A stretch of DNA of 64,000 bases. It comes from Thermodesulfobacteriota bacterium (lineage in GTDB: Bacteria > Desulfobacterota_D > UBA1144 > Nemesobacterales > JAJCZQ01). Under the pieces are notes generated by a model. It saw nothing but the letters and a program-made list of their open reading frames with translations, did no database searches and was not told where the DNA came from. Position numbers and translations under genes: made by a program. The stretch is from contig OZ244044.1 in the NCBI GenBank assembly GCA_965215275.1, forward strand, positions 1,440,001 to 1,504,000, read 5' to 3'. Shown here piece by piece: positions 29,064 through 40,240 of the stretch. Every line of letters starts with the position of its first letter. Position 1 is the first letter of the stretch.

Positions 29064-29157
29064 TGTTCATTTACCTCCTGAAGTAACGATATCAATAAAA
29101 GTTGACTTTAGCAAGGAAAATATGAACAAGTGTAAAACGGACGGAATTTAGCTGTCG

Positions 29158-30279
29158 TTATGGATTATTCAGGAAGCTTTCCAGGTGGTTCTTCATGCTT
29201 GAGTCGGCTAATTTTTTCAGTGCGGCTTTTTCTATCTGCCTGATCCTTTCCCTTGTAAGATTAAACTGCTTACCGATCTCGTCCAGCGTGTACGTGTTTC
29301 TCTCTTCAATACCAAATCGCAGCCTTATTATCTGCTGCTCTCGTTGGTTCAGCAGTTCCAGTGCTTCTTTCAGTTTTTTGGCAAGGGACGCCCTTGCCAA
29401 AACGGAATCAGGTATAACGGCTTCCTTATCTGACACGGAGTCCAGCAAAGTTGTCTTCTCTCCATCGAGCACGGGCGTGTCAAGACTTATAGCGTCATTT
29501 GTGGAATGGAGTATTCTTTTTACCACTTCCACGGAAATACCGGATTCATCTGCGATCTCCTGAGGAGTGGGCTTTCTTTCAGTGGTTTTTGCTATCTTGG
29601 CACTTGTTTTATAAACGCGGTTGGCTTGCTCAAGCAGATACACCGGCACTTTAATGGTTCTTGTCTGTCCTTGAAGTGCCCTTAGGATTGCCTGATGTAT
29701 CCACCATGAGGCGTAGGTGGAAAACTTATAACCTTTAGTATGGTCAAATCTCTCAACTGCTCTCATCAAGCCTAGATTTCCTTCCTGAATAAGGTCTGGC
29801 AGCGGAAGTCCTCTGCTCATGTACCTTCTTGATATCGTTATTACAAGTCTCAGATTAGCTTTAACAAACCTTTGCTTCAAATTTTTAGCCAATTCGTAAA
29901 AGACAAAGGACAGTGCCAAAAGGCTGGTAATTCTTTTATTTAAGACCTTCGTTCTTGCAGTATTTTTTCTGCTCTTGGCTTTTAAAGCCGTTAGCTTGGT
30001 AGAAGCTGTTTTAAGTTCCTGGGCCCTTCGTTCACATTTTTTTATTTTTGCGGAGATGTGGACCTCCTGCTTTGCCGTGAAAAGAGGTTCAACGGACATA
30101 TCTTTAAAGTAAACGTATAGAAGCCTCAGCTGTTCATCGGGATTCCATTCTTCTTTATCTACAAGTTTTGACTTGTCAATACTGCTTTCATCCAGGTTCA
30201 TATCGATTTCACTATCGTTAGTGAAAGATTCGAAATCATTTATTGTTGTAGTATTTTCTTTCATATTACTTGCCTTCAC
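29158..30279 (-). CDS. RNA polymerase sigma-70 family factor (RpoD/RpoS-like)
   Basis: ANLRLV, DLIQEGNLGLMRAVERFD, KFSTYASWWI, TRERIRQIE. Confidence 0.92.
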   Translation of the reverse strand: MKASNMKENTTTINDFESFTNDSEIDMNLDESSIDKSKLVDKEEWNPDEQLRLLYVYFKDMSVEPLFTAKQEVHISAKIKKCERRAQELKTASTKLTALKAKSRKNTARTKVLNKRITSLLALSFVFYELAKNLKQRFVKANLRLVITISRRYMSRGLPLPDLIQEGNLGLMRAVERFDHTKGYKFSTYASWWIHQAILRALQGQTRTIKVPVYLLEQANRVYKTSAKIAKTTERKPTPQEIADESGISVEVVKRILHSTNDAISLDTPVLDGEKTTLLDSVSDKEAVIPDSVLARASLAKKLKEALELLNQREQQIIRLRFGIEERNTYTLDEIGKQFNLTRERIRQIEKAALKKLADSSMKNHLESFLNNP

Positions 30280-30425
30280 TTTTATTTTTTTAACTTAATC
30301 AGGACAAACAAAGTCAGCATAAGGGGTCAGTGCACGATAACAACGGCTTCTGACAGAAATAACTTTCTCTGTAAACTGCTTAAGCAGGGATGATCTGGTC
30401 TTGATACAACCTTTATAAGCTCAGT

Positions 30426-31037
30426 TTATTTCGCAGCTTTATAGTTGTTCGCAACCCTGCTCCAGTTTACTACGTTCCACCATGCCTTAATGTAGTCAGG
30501 TCTTCTGTTCTGATAATTAAGGTAGTAGGCGTGCTCCCATACGTCTAGTCCCAGTATCGGTTTTAATCCTTCCGATAAAGGATTGTCCTGATTAGGAGTT
30601 GACGTAATAATCAGATCGTTATTGCTGTTAACACAAAGCCAGGCCCACCCACTGCCAAAACGAGTTGCCGCGGCTTTAGAGAACTCCTCCTTAAAATTAT
30701 CAAAATTTCCAAACGCACCGGTTATTTCATCAGACAGCTCTCCCTGTGGTTCACTGTCGCCTCCTGGCTCCATACACGGCCAAAAAAGACTGTGATTTGC
30801 ATGTCCTCCTCCGTTGTTCCTTACAGCGGTTCTGATGTCCTCGGGAACGGAGTTCAGGTCTGAGATCAAACTTTCCAGTGGTCTTTCCTGAACCTCTGAA
30901 TAGTTTTCCAATGCTTTGTTCAGATTATTAACGTATCCCTGATGATGCTTAGAGTAATGAATTTCCATAGTCCGGGCATCAATGTACGGTTCCAGTGCAT
31001 TATAGTCATAAGGTAAATCAGGCAGCTTGTGTGGCAT
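30426..31037 (-). CDS. sodA: Superoxide dismutase (Mn/Fe family, Mn-type signature)
   Basis: [22 protein letters not shown]. Confidence 0.9.
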   Translation of the reverse strand: MPHKLPDLPYDYNALEPYIDARTMEIHYSKHHQGYVNNLNKALENYSEVQERPLESLISDLNSVPEDIRTAVRNNGGGHANHSLFWPCMEPGGDSEPQGELSDEITGAFGNFDNFKEEFSKAAATRFGSGWAWLCVNSNNDLIITSTPNQDNPLSEGLKPILGLDVWEHAYYLNYQNRRPDYIKAWWNVVNWSRVANNYKAAK

Positions 31038-31427
31038 AAATTTACTCCTCCAGTTAAATATTCCTATTTCTCTAACATACAGGTTTTAACAAATTATATT
31101 TCATTGTTCAAGCTATTATTAAATTAGTGCAGATACTGTATGTTGTAGTCAAGGGTCTGTTATTCGTCTGTTTACTTCTATTCACATCCATTTCCACTAT
31201 ATAATTCCCTAATTCTTTATTTGTTTATTCTCTTTAATTTGTAGTATGTTCCATTTCTGCCCATATTTCCTGTTTAACCTGTTTTAATAGAACTAATCCC
31301 TTCTGATATTGTAATCTATTATTGAATTATGTAAAGAGTGAATATGGAATAAAGCCCAAATAATCTTTGCTCTTCAAGTTATTTGATAAGTCAAGTAGAT
31401 TAAAAAGGTGATTTTTAAAAGGAACTT

Positions 31428-32183
31428 ATGAACAAGATAATAGAATTAAAGGACGTTCACAAATCCTTTGGTGAAAAGGTGGTACATCGGGGAATTGACC
31501 TTGATATATACGAAGGGGAAAAAATAACCGTTCTAGGTGGCAGCGGAACGGGCAAAAGCGTGCTTTTAAAATTAATAATAGGTTTTCTCAAGCCGGACCA
31601 TGGCACGGTCACCGTCATGGGAAAAGATGTAACTGCCATTACATATGACGAACTGCTGTCGATAAGAAAAGGCATAGGTATGCTCTTTCAAAGTTCTGCA
31701 CTCTTTGATTCACTAACGGTATGGGAGAACGTTGCATATGCTTTATCCAATGGTTCTGATCTTTCCACTGACGAGATGGATAAGGTGGTAAAGGAAAAAC
31801 TTTCACTGGTCGGACTATCGAAAGTGGAGAGTAAAATGCCAGCGGATCTGAGTGGTGGGATGAAAAAAAGAGTTGCACTGGCAAGAGCTCTTGCAACCAC
31901 TCCCAGGATACTTCTTTATGATGAACCTACGACTGGATTAGACCCTCCCAATATAAACCGGATCAATGGTCTTATAAGGCACATGAACGAACAGTTCAAA
32001 ATAGCAAGCGTCATTATCACGCATGACATTGAAAGTGCATTTGCCGTATCGGACCGCATTGCCTTTTTACATGAAGGAAAGATCGTTTTTGTGGGGACGG
32101 TTGACGAGGCAAGGGACAGCAGTTGTGAAGTATTGAGGGATTTTGTCAAAGGAGTTATAAGAGAAGAGTCAGCTGCCGTTTGA
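31428..32183 (+). CDS. mlaF: MlaF-like ABC transporter ATPase
   Basis: GGSGTGKS, LSGGMKKRV, YDEPTTGLDP. Confidence 0.85.
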   Translation: MNKIIELKDVHKSFGEKVVHRGIDLDIYEGEKITVLGGSGTGKSVLLKLIIGFLKPDHGTVTVMGKDVTAITYDELLSIRKGIGMLFQSSALFDSLTVWENVAYALSNGSDLSTDEMDKVVKEKLSLVGLSKVESKMPADLSGGMKKRVALARALATTPRILLYDEPTTGLDPPNINRINGLIRHMNEQFKIASVIITHDIESAFAVSDRIAFLHEGKIVFVGTVDEARDSSCEVLRDFVKGVIREESAAV

Positions 32184-32233
32184 AGCTGTTTTTTATCTGA
32201 AATGGTTACTCTTCAATATTATTTTTCATTTCT

Positions 32234-34465
32234 ATGAGCATTAAAGTCGAACGCAAGAGGTCGATCGGGCTGATAGGTGCCACAAGTATTGGGGTAGGGG
32301 GTATAGTTGGTGGCGGCATATTGACCCTGGGAGGGGTTGCGTTTGCAAATACGGGACCCAGTGCATCCCTTGCCTTTGCCCTGAATGGTCTTATAGCTGT
32401 AATGGTTGCCCTGAGTTACGCGGAAATGTCATCCACTTTTCCTGAATCCGGTGGGATGTACCTGTTTTCAAAAAAGGTACTGTCAATTGAATCTGCTTTT
32501 TTCGTGGGATGGGTCGTCTGGTTTGCATCGGTTTTTGCCGCAGTGTTATATGCAATTGGTTTTGCGTCCTTTTTGGTTATTGCTGTGAACGTGTTATGGA
32601 ATGAATTTATTGGCAGTTCTCCTCCCTGGTTGTCCTCACTGTGGTTAGTGGACGCGGTCGCTGTCGCCGGAACGCTGTTTTATACGATCTCTTTGTCCAG
32701 GAGTGCCGATGGAGTAGGAAACTTCATCAACGTAGGGAAAATAACGATATTTTTCGTACTGGTCCTTTCGGGGCTTTTTGCGTTCGTTAAGACAAGTCCG
32801 GGGCAGTTTGCAAGCACAATGACGCCGTTTTTCTCAAACGGGATAATCGGTTTGTTCATAGCTATGGGATATACGTTTGTTGCGATGCAGGGTTTTGATC
32901 TGATACCAAAGGCCGGAGGAGAGATCAAGGAACCTGAAAAGAATATTCCCAGAGCAATGCTGCTGTCACTTGTCATATCCCTCATGATATATATCCCCCT
33001 TCTTTTTGTGACCTCAGTTGTTGGTGTTGGTGAAGGACAGACGATTACGTCAATGGGATCGAGTTACAGGGAAGAGGTCATTGCAGCTGGTGCAAAGAAC
33101 TACATGGGCAGCTTAGGCTACTGGTTTGTATTGATAGTGGGCATATTATCAATGCTTTCGGCGTTAAGCGCTAATATCTTTGGAGCATCACGAGTGGCAT
33201 ATAAGATGGCGATAGACAGAACTCTGCCTAAAAGACTGGGATTTCTTCATGGCGTGTATAAAACACCCACTAATTCCATATATGCAACTTCAATAGTAAC
33301 GATTTTAGTGATCATTACGTTCAGAAACGTGGAATCCGCAGGAGCAACGGCAAGTCTTTTATTTCTGCTGATGTTTACGGTTGCTCAGCTCATGTCAATG
33401 CTCGTAAGGCGGAGAATTGATATTTCCAGCATTCCTTTCCGAATGCCTTTGTATCCCGTTCTTCCGGTGATCGGGTCTGTCTGCTGCTTTCTGCTGGCAG
33501 TTTTTCAGGGGTTCGTGGTTCCAAAATCCGGACTGATCACCCTGATATGGCTGTTCATCGGAGGACTTTTATACCTGATCCTTTTCAGTAAAAGTGCAAA
33601 ACGTGCTGATGCATCGGCTGCTGCCTATGATCCGAGTTTGTCAAAATTAAGGGGACAGTTGCCTCTGGTACTTGTTCCCGTGTCCAATCCTACAAGCGCG
33701 GCTTCACTGATCAGGCTTGCAAGTTCACTGGCTCCGCCAGAATTTGGAAAGGTGATGCTCCTGTCCGTGGTAACAGGGCCGGACAGCGGTGATGGTCAGG
33801 TTAGAAGGATAGCTGAAAGTCGGAGCGCGATCGCAAGGTCTCTGGAGGTTTCCATTGAGGAAAAGATCTATCCTGAAGTGCTGACCACGGTTGCAGATAA
33901 TGTGTGGAAAGAGATAAAAAGGGTTTCAGAAAGCTATCGATGCGACAGCCTGGTACTCGGGCTGACCGACCTCAGTGAAGACGTATCCAGGTCTTATATT
34001 GAGGAGAATCTCATAAGCGGCGTTTCTTGCAATGTTGTCGTCTTAAGGTCCTGCGGTGACTGGAGACCGAAAGATATAAAAAAGGTCCTGGTTCCCATAG
34101 CCGGAGAGGGTAACTATGAAAATCTGCTGGCAAGGCTGATAGGAACGCTGTATCGTGTGGGCAGTCCTGAAATTGAGTTTTTGAGAGTCATACCTGAATT
34201 ATCCAGGGAGTCAGACCGCGAGAGGGCAAGGAAGAAGCTGTTTTCATTGGCACAGGACTATTCTATGAGTGAAAATTTCAAAGTGAGAGTTGTTAAAAGT
34301 GATAATGTGACAGAGGAAATAACAGACCGGTCGAAGGGGTTTGACCTGATGGTGCTGGGTTTTACAAAAGCGGATCATCGCTACTTAAGGGTTTTTGGTC
34401 CGATTACGCAGGAAATAGTTCAAAACACGGATATGCCTGTCATACTGATCAGTCATCCGGGATGA
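32234..34465 (+). CDS. APC-family amino acid permease with C-terminal USP-like domains
   Basis: About 12 TM segments, SYAEMSSTFPESGG, GGEIKEPEKNIPRA; C-terminal VLVP...DLMVLG...PVILI. Confidence 0.85.
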   Translation: MSIKVERKRSIGLIGATSIGVGGIVGGGILTLGGVAFANTGPSASLAFALNGLIAVMVALSYAEMSSTFPESGGMYLFSKKVLSIESAFFVGWVVWFASVFAAVLYAIGFASFLVIAVNVLWNEFIGSSPPWLSSLWLVDAVAVAGTLFYTISLSRSADGVGNFINVGKITIFFVLVLSGLFAFVKTSPGQFASTMTPFFSNGIIGLFIAMGYTFVAMQGFDLIPKAGGEIKEPEKNIPRAMLLSLVISLMIYIPLLFVTSVVGVGEGQTITSMGSSYREEVIAAGAKNYMGSLGYWFVLIVGILSMLSALSANIFGASRVAYKMAIDRTLPKRLGFLHGVYKTPTNSIYATSIVTILVIITFRNVESAGATASLLFLLMFTVAQLMSMLVRRRIDISSIPFRMPLYPVLPVIGSVCCFLLAVFQGFVVPKSGLITLIWLFIGGLLYLILFSKSAKRADASAAAYDPSLSKLRGQLPLVLVPVSNPTSAASLIRLASSLAPPEFGKVMLLSVVTGPDSGDGQVRRIAESRSAIARSLEVSIEEKIYPEVLTTVADNVWKEIKRVSESYRCDSLVLGLTDLSEDVSRSYIEENLISGVSCNVVVLRSCGDWRPKDIKKVLVPIAGEGNYENLLARLIGTLYRVGSPEIEFLRVIPELSRESDRERARKKLFSLAQDYSMSENFKVRVVKSDNVTEEITDRSKGFDLMVLGFTKADHRYLRVFGPITQEIVQNTDMPVILISHPG

Positions 34466-34541
34466 TCACGAACGACCGAAATTACAGTTCGTCTGGACCG
34501 GTTTAGATCTTTACTGTTCCACTCTGATCTGTATATAAGCA

Positions 34542-35018
34542 CTATACTTTTTTGCAAAGAACTGTAGCGGTAGAGACTATTCCGTCCTCCGTGCCGATGA
34601 TCCTCATACCCTCGGTGGTCGTAGCCTTAATTCCAATTTCGTCTCTGTTTATATTAAGTACTTTGGACAAGGACCCTTTTATTGGTTCAATGTAAGGGGC
34701 TATTTTTGGTTTTTCACAGATGATCACCGTGTCAAGGTTTACGATCTTCAATTTTTTCGCTTCAAGCATCTTTACTACCTTTTTCAGCAGTTTAATACTT
34801 GATATGTTCCTGTAACGAGGGTCCGTGTCCGGGAAGTGACAGCCAATGTCTTTTTCACCCATTGCACCCAGCAGGGCGTCACAGATCGCGTGTACGAGCA
34901 CGTCCGCGTCAGAATGTCCCATTAATCCGAGTTCATAAGGAATTTCAACCCCGCCCAGTACCAGCTTCGTGCTTTCATCGAACCTGTGTGCATCAATACC
35001 GTGTCCTACTCTGTACAT
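34542..35018 (-). CDS. ispF: 2-C-methyl-D-erythritol 2,4-cyclodiphosphate synthase
   Basis: RVGHGIDAH, GHSDADV, KATTTE. Confidence 0.94.
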   Translation of the reverse strand: MYRVGHGIDAHRFDESTKLVLGGVEIPYELGLMGHSDADVLVHAICDALLGAMGEKDIGCHFPDTDPRYRNISSIKLLKKVVKMLEAKKLKIVNLDTVIICEKPKIAPYIEPIKGSLSKVLNINRDEIGIKATTTEGMRIIGTEDGIVSTATVLCKKV

Positions 35019-35719
35019 TATGTATACTCCCACCCATTAATGACCATCAGCTCAGCAAGCCTCATATCTTCCGGACGGGTAACCTTGAAGTTATATTCCG
35101 AACCTTCGATGACGTGTACATTATATCCTGCCTGTTCCGCTATCTGTGCCTCGTCCGTATAAACGTCGTTCTTTAAGTTTACTTTTTCATAACAGCTGCC
35201 GAGTACCTCATACCTGAACGCCTGGGGCGTCTGTGCCTGCCATATTAAGTTCCTGGACAAGGTACCTTTAACGATACCATTATCTACGCTCTTGAGAGTG
35301 TCCTTGCTCGGAAGTGCGGATATGACGCAGTCTTTTATATTTGCTTCCGAGATGATCTTATCAATAAGGTCTGGCTTAACAAAAGGTCTGGCTGCATCGT
35401 GTATGATGACTACCTCCGCATCCGGATCAGCTGCTTCAAAACCTTTTCTTACTGAGATCTGCCTGAGGTTTCCCCCTTCTACCACTTTTAAGGACTTGGT
35501 CAGTGATATCCCCTGTATCTCCGTTTTAACGAGGTCTACGTCGTCCTCTGATACGACCAGGATTATCTCACCCACGGAGGAACTGTTCTGAAAGGAGTTC
35601 AGGCAAAAATAAAAAAGGGGTTTCCCGTTTATTTTTAAAAACTGCTTTTTTACCTTTCTGTTTAATCTGTGTCCACTTCCTGCGGCCGGGATAATGGCAG
35701 AGGCTTTTATATTAGGCAT
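35018..35719 (-). CDS. ispD: 2-C-methyl-D-erythritol 4-phosphate cytidylyltransferase (start 35719 or 35749)
   Basis: IIPAAGSG, IHDAARP, QTPQAF. Confidence 0.93.
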   Translation of the reverse strand: MPNIKASAIIPAAGSGHRLNRKVKKQFLKINGKPLFYFCLNSFQNSSSVGEIILVVSEDDVDLVKTEIQGISLTKSLKVVEGGNLRQISVRKGFEAADPDAEVVIIHDAARPFVKPDLIDKIISEANIKDCVISALPSKDTLKSVDNGIVKGTLSRNLIWQAQTPQAFRYEVLGSCYEKVNLKNDVYTDEAQIAEQAGYNVHVIEGSEYNFKVTRPEDMRLAELMVINGWEYT

Positions 35720-36731
35720 TAAGGTATGAGGGTGAACCCTCTTTATCATTTATACTTGCGAAGATCATTCTTCCCGTTGTTGTCTGCATCACGCTTTTTA
35801 CCACGACCGTGACCTCTTTTCCCAGATACTTACGACCATCGTTAACTATCAGCATCGTACCGTCATCAAGATAACCAATAGCCTGGTTTGCGTCCCTTCC
35901 TTCCTTTACAAGCTGAATATGGATCGAATGTCCTGGCAGCACCACGGGTCTCAGAGCGTGTGACAGTTCGTTCAGGTTCAGGATCTTGATCTTCTGTATT
36001 GCCGCGATCTTGTTCAGGTTAGAGTCGTTCGTTATAAGAACGGCATTCAGCTCTTTTGACAGTTCTATAAGCTTAAGGTCCGCTTCCTTGATATTAGGAA
36101 AGTCATGGTCAACTATCCTTATGTTGATCTGATCTATTTCACTCTGCATTTTTTTAATTATATCAAGTCCTCTTTTACCGCGTACGCTTCTTATAGGGTC
36201 TGACGAATCCGCGATGTATTGTAATTCCTTTATTATAAAGCTGGGAATGATCACATCACCCTCCAGAAATCCGATCTCTGCGATGTCTGCTACCCGTCCA
36301 TCAATAATAACGCTTGTGTCCAGGATTTTAGGGACTTCGATCTTTTTATTTGCAAAGGTAAAGTTCTTGAAAGAATAGACGGTCTGGTCACTCTTGTATA
36401 TTCCAAAGGATATTCCCAGGGACAGTAAAAAACATAAACTTATTACCTTGATGGTAATAAGTAAGCTGCTTGCGATGCTGGCTGAATCAAGGATTTGTGA
36501 CAGACCGATAAAAAGCATTACGGAGACGGCAATACCGATCGCCATGGCCAGAGCGGACTTACTGGACAGTCTCTGACTTAAGAAATGAATAATGACAAAA
36601 AGCAGCAGTGAGGCAGTTGATATAACTGCTGCAAAATAAAAAGACTTGGACAGTGGATAATCGACAATATTGACCAGCGCAAGAAAACTTGCTATGCCTA
36701 TCAGTGCTGAAAAGATCAGATCCAGTATCAT
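35712..36731 (-). CDS. PIN/TRAM domain membrane protein (YacL-like)
   Basis: KILDTSVIIDGR, GYLDDGTM; typical position upstream of ispD. Confidence 0.88.
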   Translation of the reverse strand: MILDLIFSALIGIASFLALVNIVDYPLSKSFYFAAVISTASLLLFVIIHFLSQRLSSKSALAMAIGIAVSVMLFIGLSQILDSASIASSLLITIKVISLCFLLSLGISFGIYKSDQTVYSFKNFTFANKKIEVPKILDTSVIIDGRVADIAEIGFLEGDVIIPSFIIKELQYIADSSDPIRSVRGKRGLDIIKKMQSEIDQINIRIVDHDFPNIKEADLKLIELSKELNAVLITNDSNLNKIAAIQKIKILNLNELSHALRPVVLPGHSIHIQLVKEGRDANQAIGYLDDGTMLIVNDGRKYLGKEVTVVVKSVMQTTTGRMIFASINDKEGSPSYLNA

Positions 36732-36884
36732 ATTAATATTTTTTCTGCTTTAAAATTTTACCCAGAAGCAGATTATCAGGTAATTATATTCAATAAATCG
36801 ATCTTAAACAAATCATAACGTTCTTACCAGATTGAGATTCGCTCTGTTCGTGATAGAATTAACAAAATAACATAAGGAGATTTT

Positions 36885-37637
36885 ATGAGGATTTATTCCC
36901 TTGCAAGCGGCAGTTCCGGTAATTCCATATACATTGAATCTGAAAGTTCCAGGCTCCTTGTTGACGCCGGTATTTCTCCAAGGTCGTTGAAAAAAAGGCT
37001 GAACTCTTTAGGCGTCGACATAAATGAGATCGATGCCGTTGTCGTTACCCATGAACATAAGGACCATACAAGGTCACTGAAAGATCTGCCTGTTCCGGTT
37101 TACGTAGCGGTAAAAACGGTTCCTATATGGGAAGATCAGGTGGAGAACTTGAACCAGTTTGAAAATGATAAACGATTTGCGGTAAATGATATGGAGATCA
37201 CGCCTTTTTCCGTTCCTCATGACGCGATCGATCCCGTAGGGTTTACAATTGAATTTGACGGGATAAAGATCGGTATAGTAACGGACGCGGGTTCCGTTAC
37301 TGAACTTATTGTTGAAAAACTGCGAAGATCAAACGTACTTGTGTTGGAATCCAACTACGATGTAAACCTGTTACTGTATGGAAAATACCCATGGGAGTTG
37401 AAGCAGAGAATAAAAAGCAACCTGGGACACCTTTCCAATTCCCAGTCTGCACATCTTCTCGGCAGTGTTTACCACGATGAACTTCAGCACGTTGTTCTGG
37501 CACACTTGAGCAAGATCAATAACGACCCTAAGATCGCCTATAAAGAAGCTGCTGAAGCCCTGAGACACAGAGGTAATGGTCATACGAAGATCCATCTTGC
37601 TCCAAGAGATTCGATCGGAGAGGTAATAAACTTTTGA
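36885..37637 (+). CDS. MBL-fold metallo-hydrolase (YycJ/WalJ-like)
   Basis: ASGSSGN, THEHKDH, LESNYD, GHLSN, LAHLS. Confidence 0.88.
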   Translation: MRIYSLASGSSGNSIYIESESSRLLVDAGISPRSLKKRLNSLGVDINEIDAVVVTHEHKDHTRSLKDLPVPVYVAVKTVPIWEDQVENLNQFENDKRFAVNDMEITPFSVPHDAIDPVGFTIEFDGIKIGIVTDAGSVTELIVEKLRRSNVLVLESNYDVNLLLYGKYPWELKQRIKSNLGHLSNSQSAHLLGSVYHDELQHVVLAHLSKINNDPKIAYKEAAEALRHRGNGHTKIHLAPRDSIGEVINF

Positions 37638-38926
37638 TAAGCAGATACTCCAGGAAAGAAATGTCCGGTCTGTGGACCGACAAAGCTAAATACCGGAACT
37701 GGCTCAAGGTCGAAATAGCGGTCTGCGAGGCATGGGCGGAACTTGGAGTAATTCCAGCAGGGTCCCTGAACACGATCAAACAGAAGGCGAGCTTCAGCGT
37801 GCAGAGGATCAGCGTACTGGAAAAAAAAGTAAAACACGACGTGATCGCTTTTCTCACCTGCGTGGCTGAAAACGTTGGGAGCGACTCAAGGTTTATCCAC
37901 CTGGGTATGACGTCTTCGGACGTTATTGACACCTCGTTTTCGATACAGTTAAGGGACGCTGGGAACATCATTATAAAGGATCTCAGAGGTCTGCTCTCGG
38001 AGCTGAAAAAACTGGCTTATGATCACAGATATACTCCTATGATAGGTCGTTCCCATGGTATTCATGCCGAACCAAAGACCCTGGGACTTGTATTTGCTCT
38101 CTGGTATGATGAATTTAGCAGAAACCTTGAAAGGATGATAAGAGCAACGGAGGCAGTGAGCGTGGGAATGATATCCGGTGCCGTGGGTACTTATGCGAAC
38201 GTTGATCCAAAGGTGGAGGAGATCGCATGTGCAAAGCTTGGACTCATACCGGCAAAGATCTCAACTCAGGTAATTCACCGGGACGTGCATGCTGAATATT
38301 TTCTTACCCTGTCGCTCATAGCGGCCTCTATCGAGAGAGTGGCAACTGAGATAAGACATTTTCAAAGGACTGAAGTCCTGGAAATGGAGGAGTTTTTTGA
38401 TAAGGAGCAGAAAGGGTCCTCTGCCATGCCTCACAAGCGAAATCCGATCCTTTCCGAAAATCTTTGCGGACTGTCAAGGTTAGTAAGGTCTTCAGTAATT
38501 CCGGCGCTTGAAAACATGGTCTTGTGGCATGAGAGGGACATCAGTCATTCATCAGTTGAACGGGTGATAGGACCTGACTCAACTATTTTAACGGATTTTA
38601 TGTTAAACAGGCTGTCCACGGTCATCAGGACGTTGAACGTATATCCGGAGAATCTAGAAAGTAACATCTGGCTGACAAGCGGATTGGTATTTTCCCAGAA
38701 AGTGCTTTTAAAGCTGATCTCCAAGGGTTACAGCAGAGAAAAAGCTTATTCCATAGTGCAGCGAAATGCCATGAAGTGCTGGGGATCAAAGTCCGGATTT
38801 AGAGAAATCCTATCAAAGGACAGTGACATTACTTCCGTTCTTGACGAAGAAGACCTTGCTTCATGTTTTATGGTCGATCAGGATTTCAAGCACATAGATC
38901 ATATCTTTAGCAGGGTATTTTCTTGA
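37634..38926 (+). CDS. purB: Adenylosuccinate lyase
   Basis: HDVIAF, GRSHGIHAEP, GSSAMPHKRNP. Confidence 0.96.
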   Translation: MISRYSRKEMSGLWTDKAKYRNWLKVEIAVCEAWAELGVIPAGSLNTIKQKASFSVQRISVLEKKVKHDVIAFLTCVAENVGSDSRFIHLGMTSSDVIDTSFSIQLRDAGNIIIKDLRGLLSELKKLAYDHRYTPMIGRSHGIHAEPKTLGLVFALWYDEFSRNLERMIRATEAVSVGMISGAVGTYANVDPKVEEIACAKLGLIPAKISTQVIHRDVHAEYFLTLSLIAASIERVATEIRHFQRTEVLEMEEFFDKEQKGSSAMPHKRNPILSENLCGLSRLVRSSVIPALENMVLWHERDISHSSVERVIGPDSTILTDFMLNRLSTVIRTLNVYPENLESNIWLTSGLVFSQKVLLKLISKGYSREKAYSIVQRNAMKCWGSKSGFREILSKDSDITSVLDEEDLASCFMVDQDFKHIDHIFSRVFS

Positions 38927-39038
38927 GGACACCCTGATCAATTGCTTTACATGATTCTGGTGTTATTTTTATAAAACCATAGCTTAATATTAAGTTAATC
39001 ACGTTAAACAGAGCTACATTTTAATTTGGAGGAAATAA

Positions 39039-40043
39039 ATGAGAGTATTTTTTTTGCTGGTTTTGATCTTTGGACTGTTTGCCACTGCTGGATGTGATAT
39101 GATGACCGAAGATAGCGGATGCGATAAAGTAACGAGTCAGAATACTAAGGAAAGACTGATTTCTTTTTTTGAGGCAAAGTACTCAGCAAGACTTCCGGTG
39201 GATACCAAGGTAGAGCTTGGAGATTTTGAAAAGAGCAGTGCAAAAGGTCTCTGCCAGGGTTCTTTCATAGTATCAATGCCTGAGAGAGGAGAGTTCCCCG
39301 TTTCATTTTTAACGGATAAGAACAAAAGGTATTTAGTTCTCAGTATGGCTGAAGTAGTAGACCTCAATAAATTTCAAAAGGCAGAAATATCAAGGTTTAA
39401 GAAAGGGGAGATCAGGTTACCAAGACAGCAACCCCTTCCCATACTGGTCAGTAACGACGGAAGTCAGCTGATCGTAGGTGACATATTTGATTCCACCATT
39501 GACCCTTTACAAGAGGTGTTAAGCAAAATATCTCTGGAAAACGTTCCACTGAAAGGTCCCAGAGAAGCAAAGATCACAGTGGTTGAATACTCGGATTTTC
39601 AGTGTCCCTACTGCAAACAGGCAAGCGATATGCTCCCTGCTCTTACCAAAAAATACAAGGATAAGATCAAGGTGGTATTCAAACAGTTCCCGTTACCCAA
39701 TCATGACTGGGCTAAACCAGCTTCAGTAGCTTCTCTTTGTGCTTACGAGCAGGGTAATGATAAATTCTGGAAGGTTCATGATCTTATTTTTAAACATCAA
39801 AAGGAAATAACGCTGGAAAACTCTAATGACAAGTTTAAAAAGTTTGCAAAGCAGTCCGGGCTGAACAGTGATAAATTCAGTAAATGCCTTAAATCAGATG
39901 CCGTTGCTAAAAGGGTGGATCAGGAAATAGATGAGGGTAATCAGATCGGCGTGAGATCAACTCCAACTTTTATTGTTGACGGCATAATCGTTTCCGGGGC
40001 AAGCCTGGATGCGGTAGAGAACGCAATAGATTCCAGATTGTAG
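39039..40043 (+). CDS. DsbA/thioredoxin-fold lipoprotein
   Basis: Lipobox TAGC; EYSDFQCPYC; STPTF. Confidence 0.87.
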   Translation: MRVFFLLVLIFGLFATAGCDMMTEDSGCDKVTSQNTKERLISFFEAKYSARLPVDTKVELGDFEKSSAKGLCQGSFIVSMPERGEFPVSFLTDKNKRYLVLSMAEVVDLNKFQKAEISRFKKGEIRLPRQQPLPILVSNDGSQLIVGDIFDSTIDPLQEVLSKISLENVPLKGPREAKITVVEYSDFQCPYCKQASDMLPALTKKYKDKIKVVFKQFPLPNHDWAKPASVASLCAYEQGNDKFWKVHDLIFKHQKEITLENSNDKFKKFAKQSGLNSDKFSKCLKSDAVAKRVDQEIDEGNQIGVRSTPTFIVDGIIVSGASLDAVENAIDSRL

Positions 40044-40240
40044 ATTTTTGACAGCAGTACTATGGATTGAGGGATTGAGCTTACCGTTCCCGGTCCATGG
40101 AAGCGGTTTATCTTTTACGTCTGACTGAAACAGAGCTTGGATATTTGCCAGAAGGATACGACCCTTGAAGTATGGTAAGGTATTCTGACAAGGTCTGTTT
40201 TGTATCCATGTATGCAGGAAATTGACCTTTTATTCTTATA

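Noticed and set aside
30400..30416. CTTGATACAACCTTTAT resembling the interior of the 51-bp mini-elements
   Set aside because: Short match with no flanking TIRs; could be chance.
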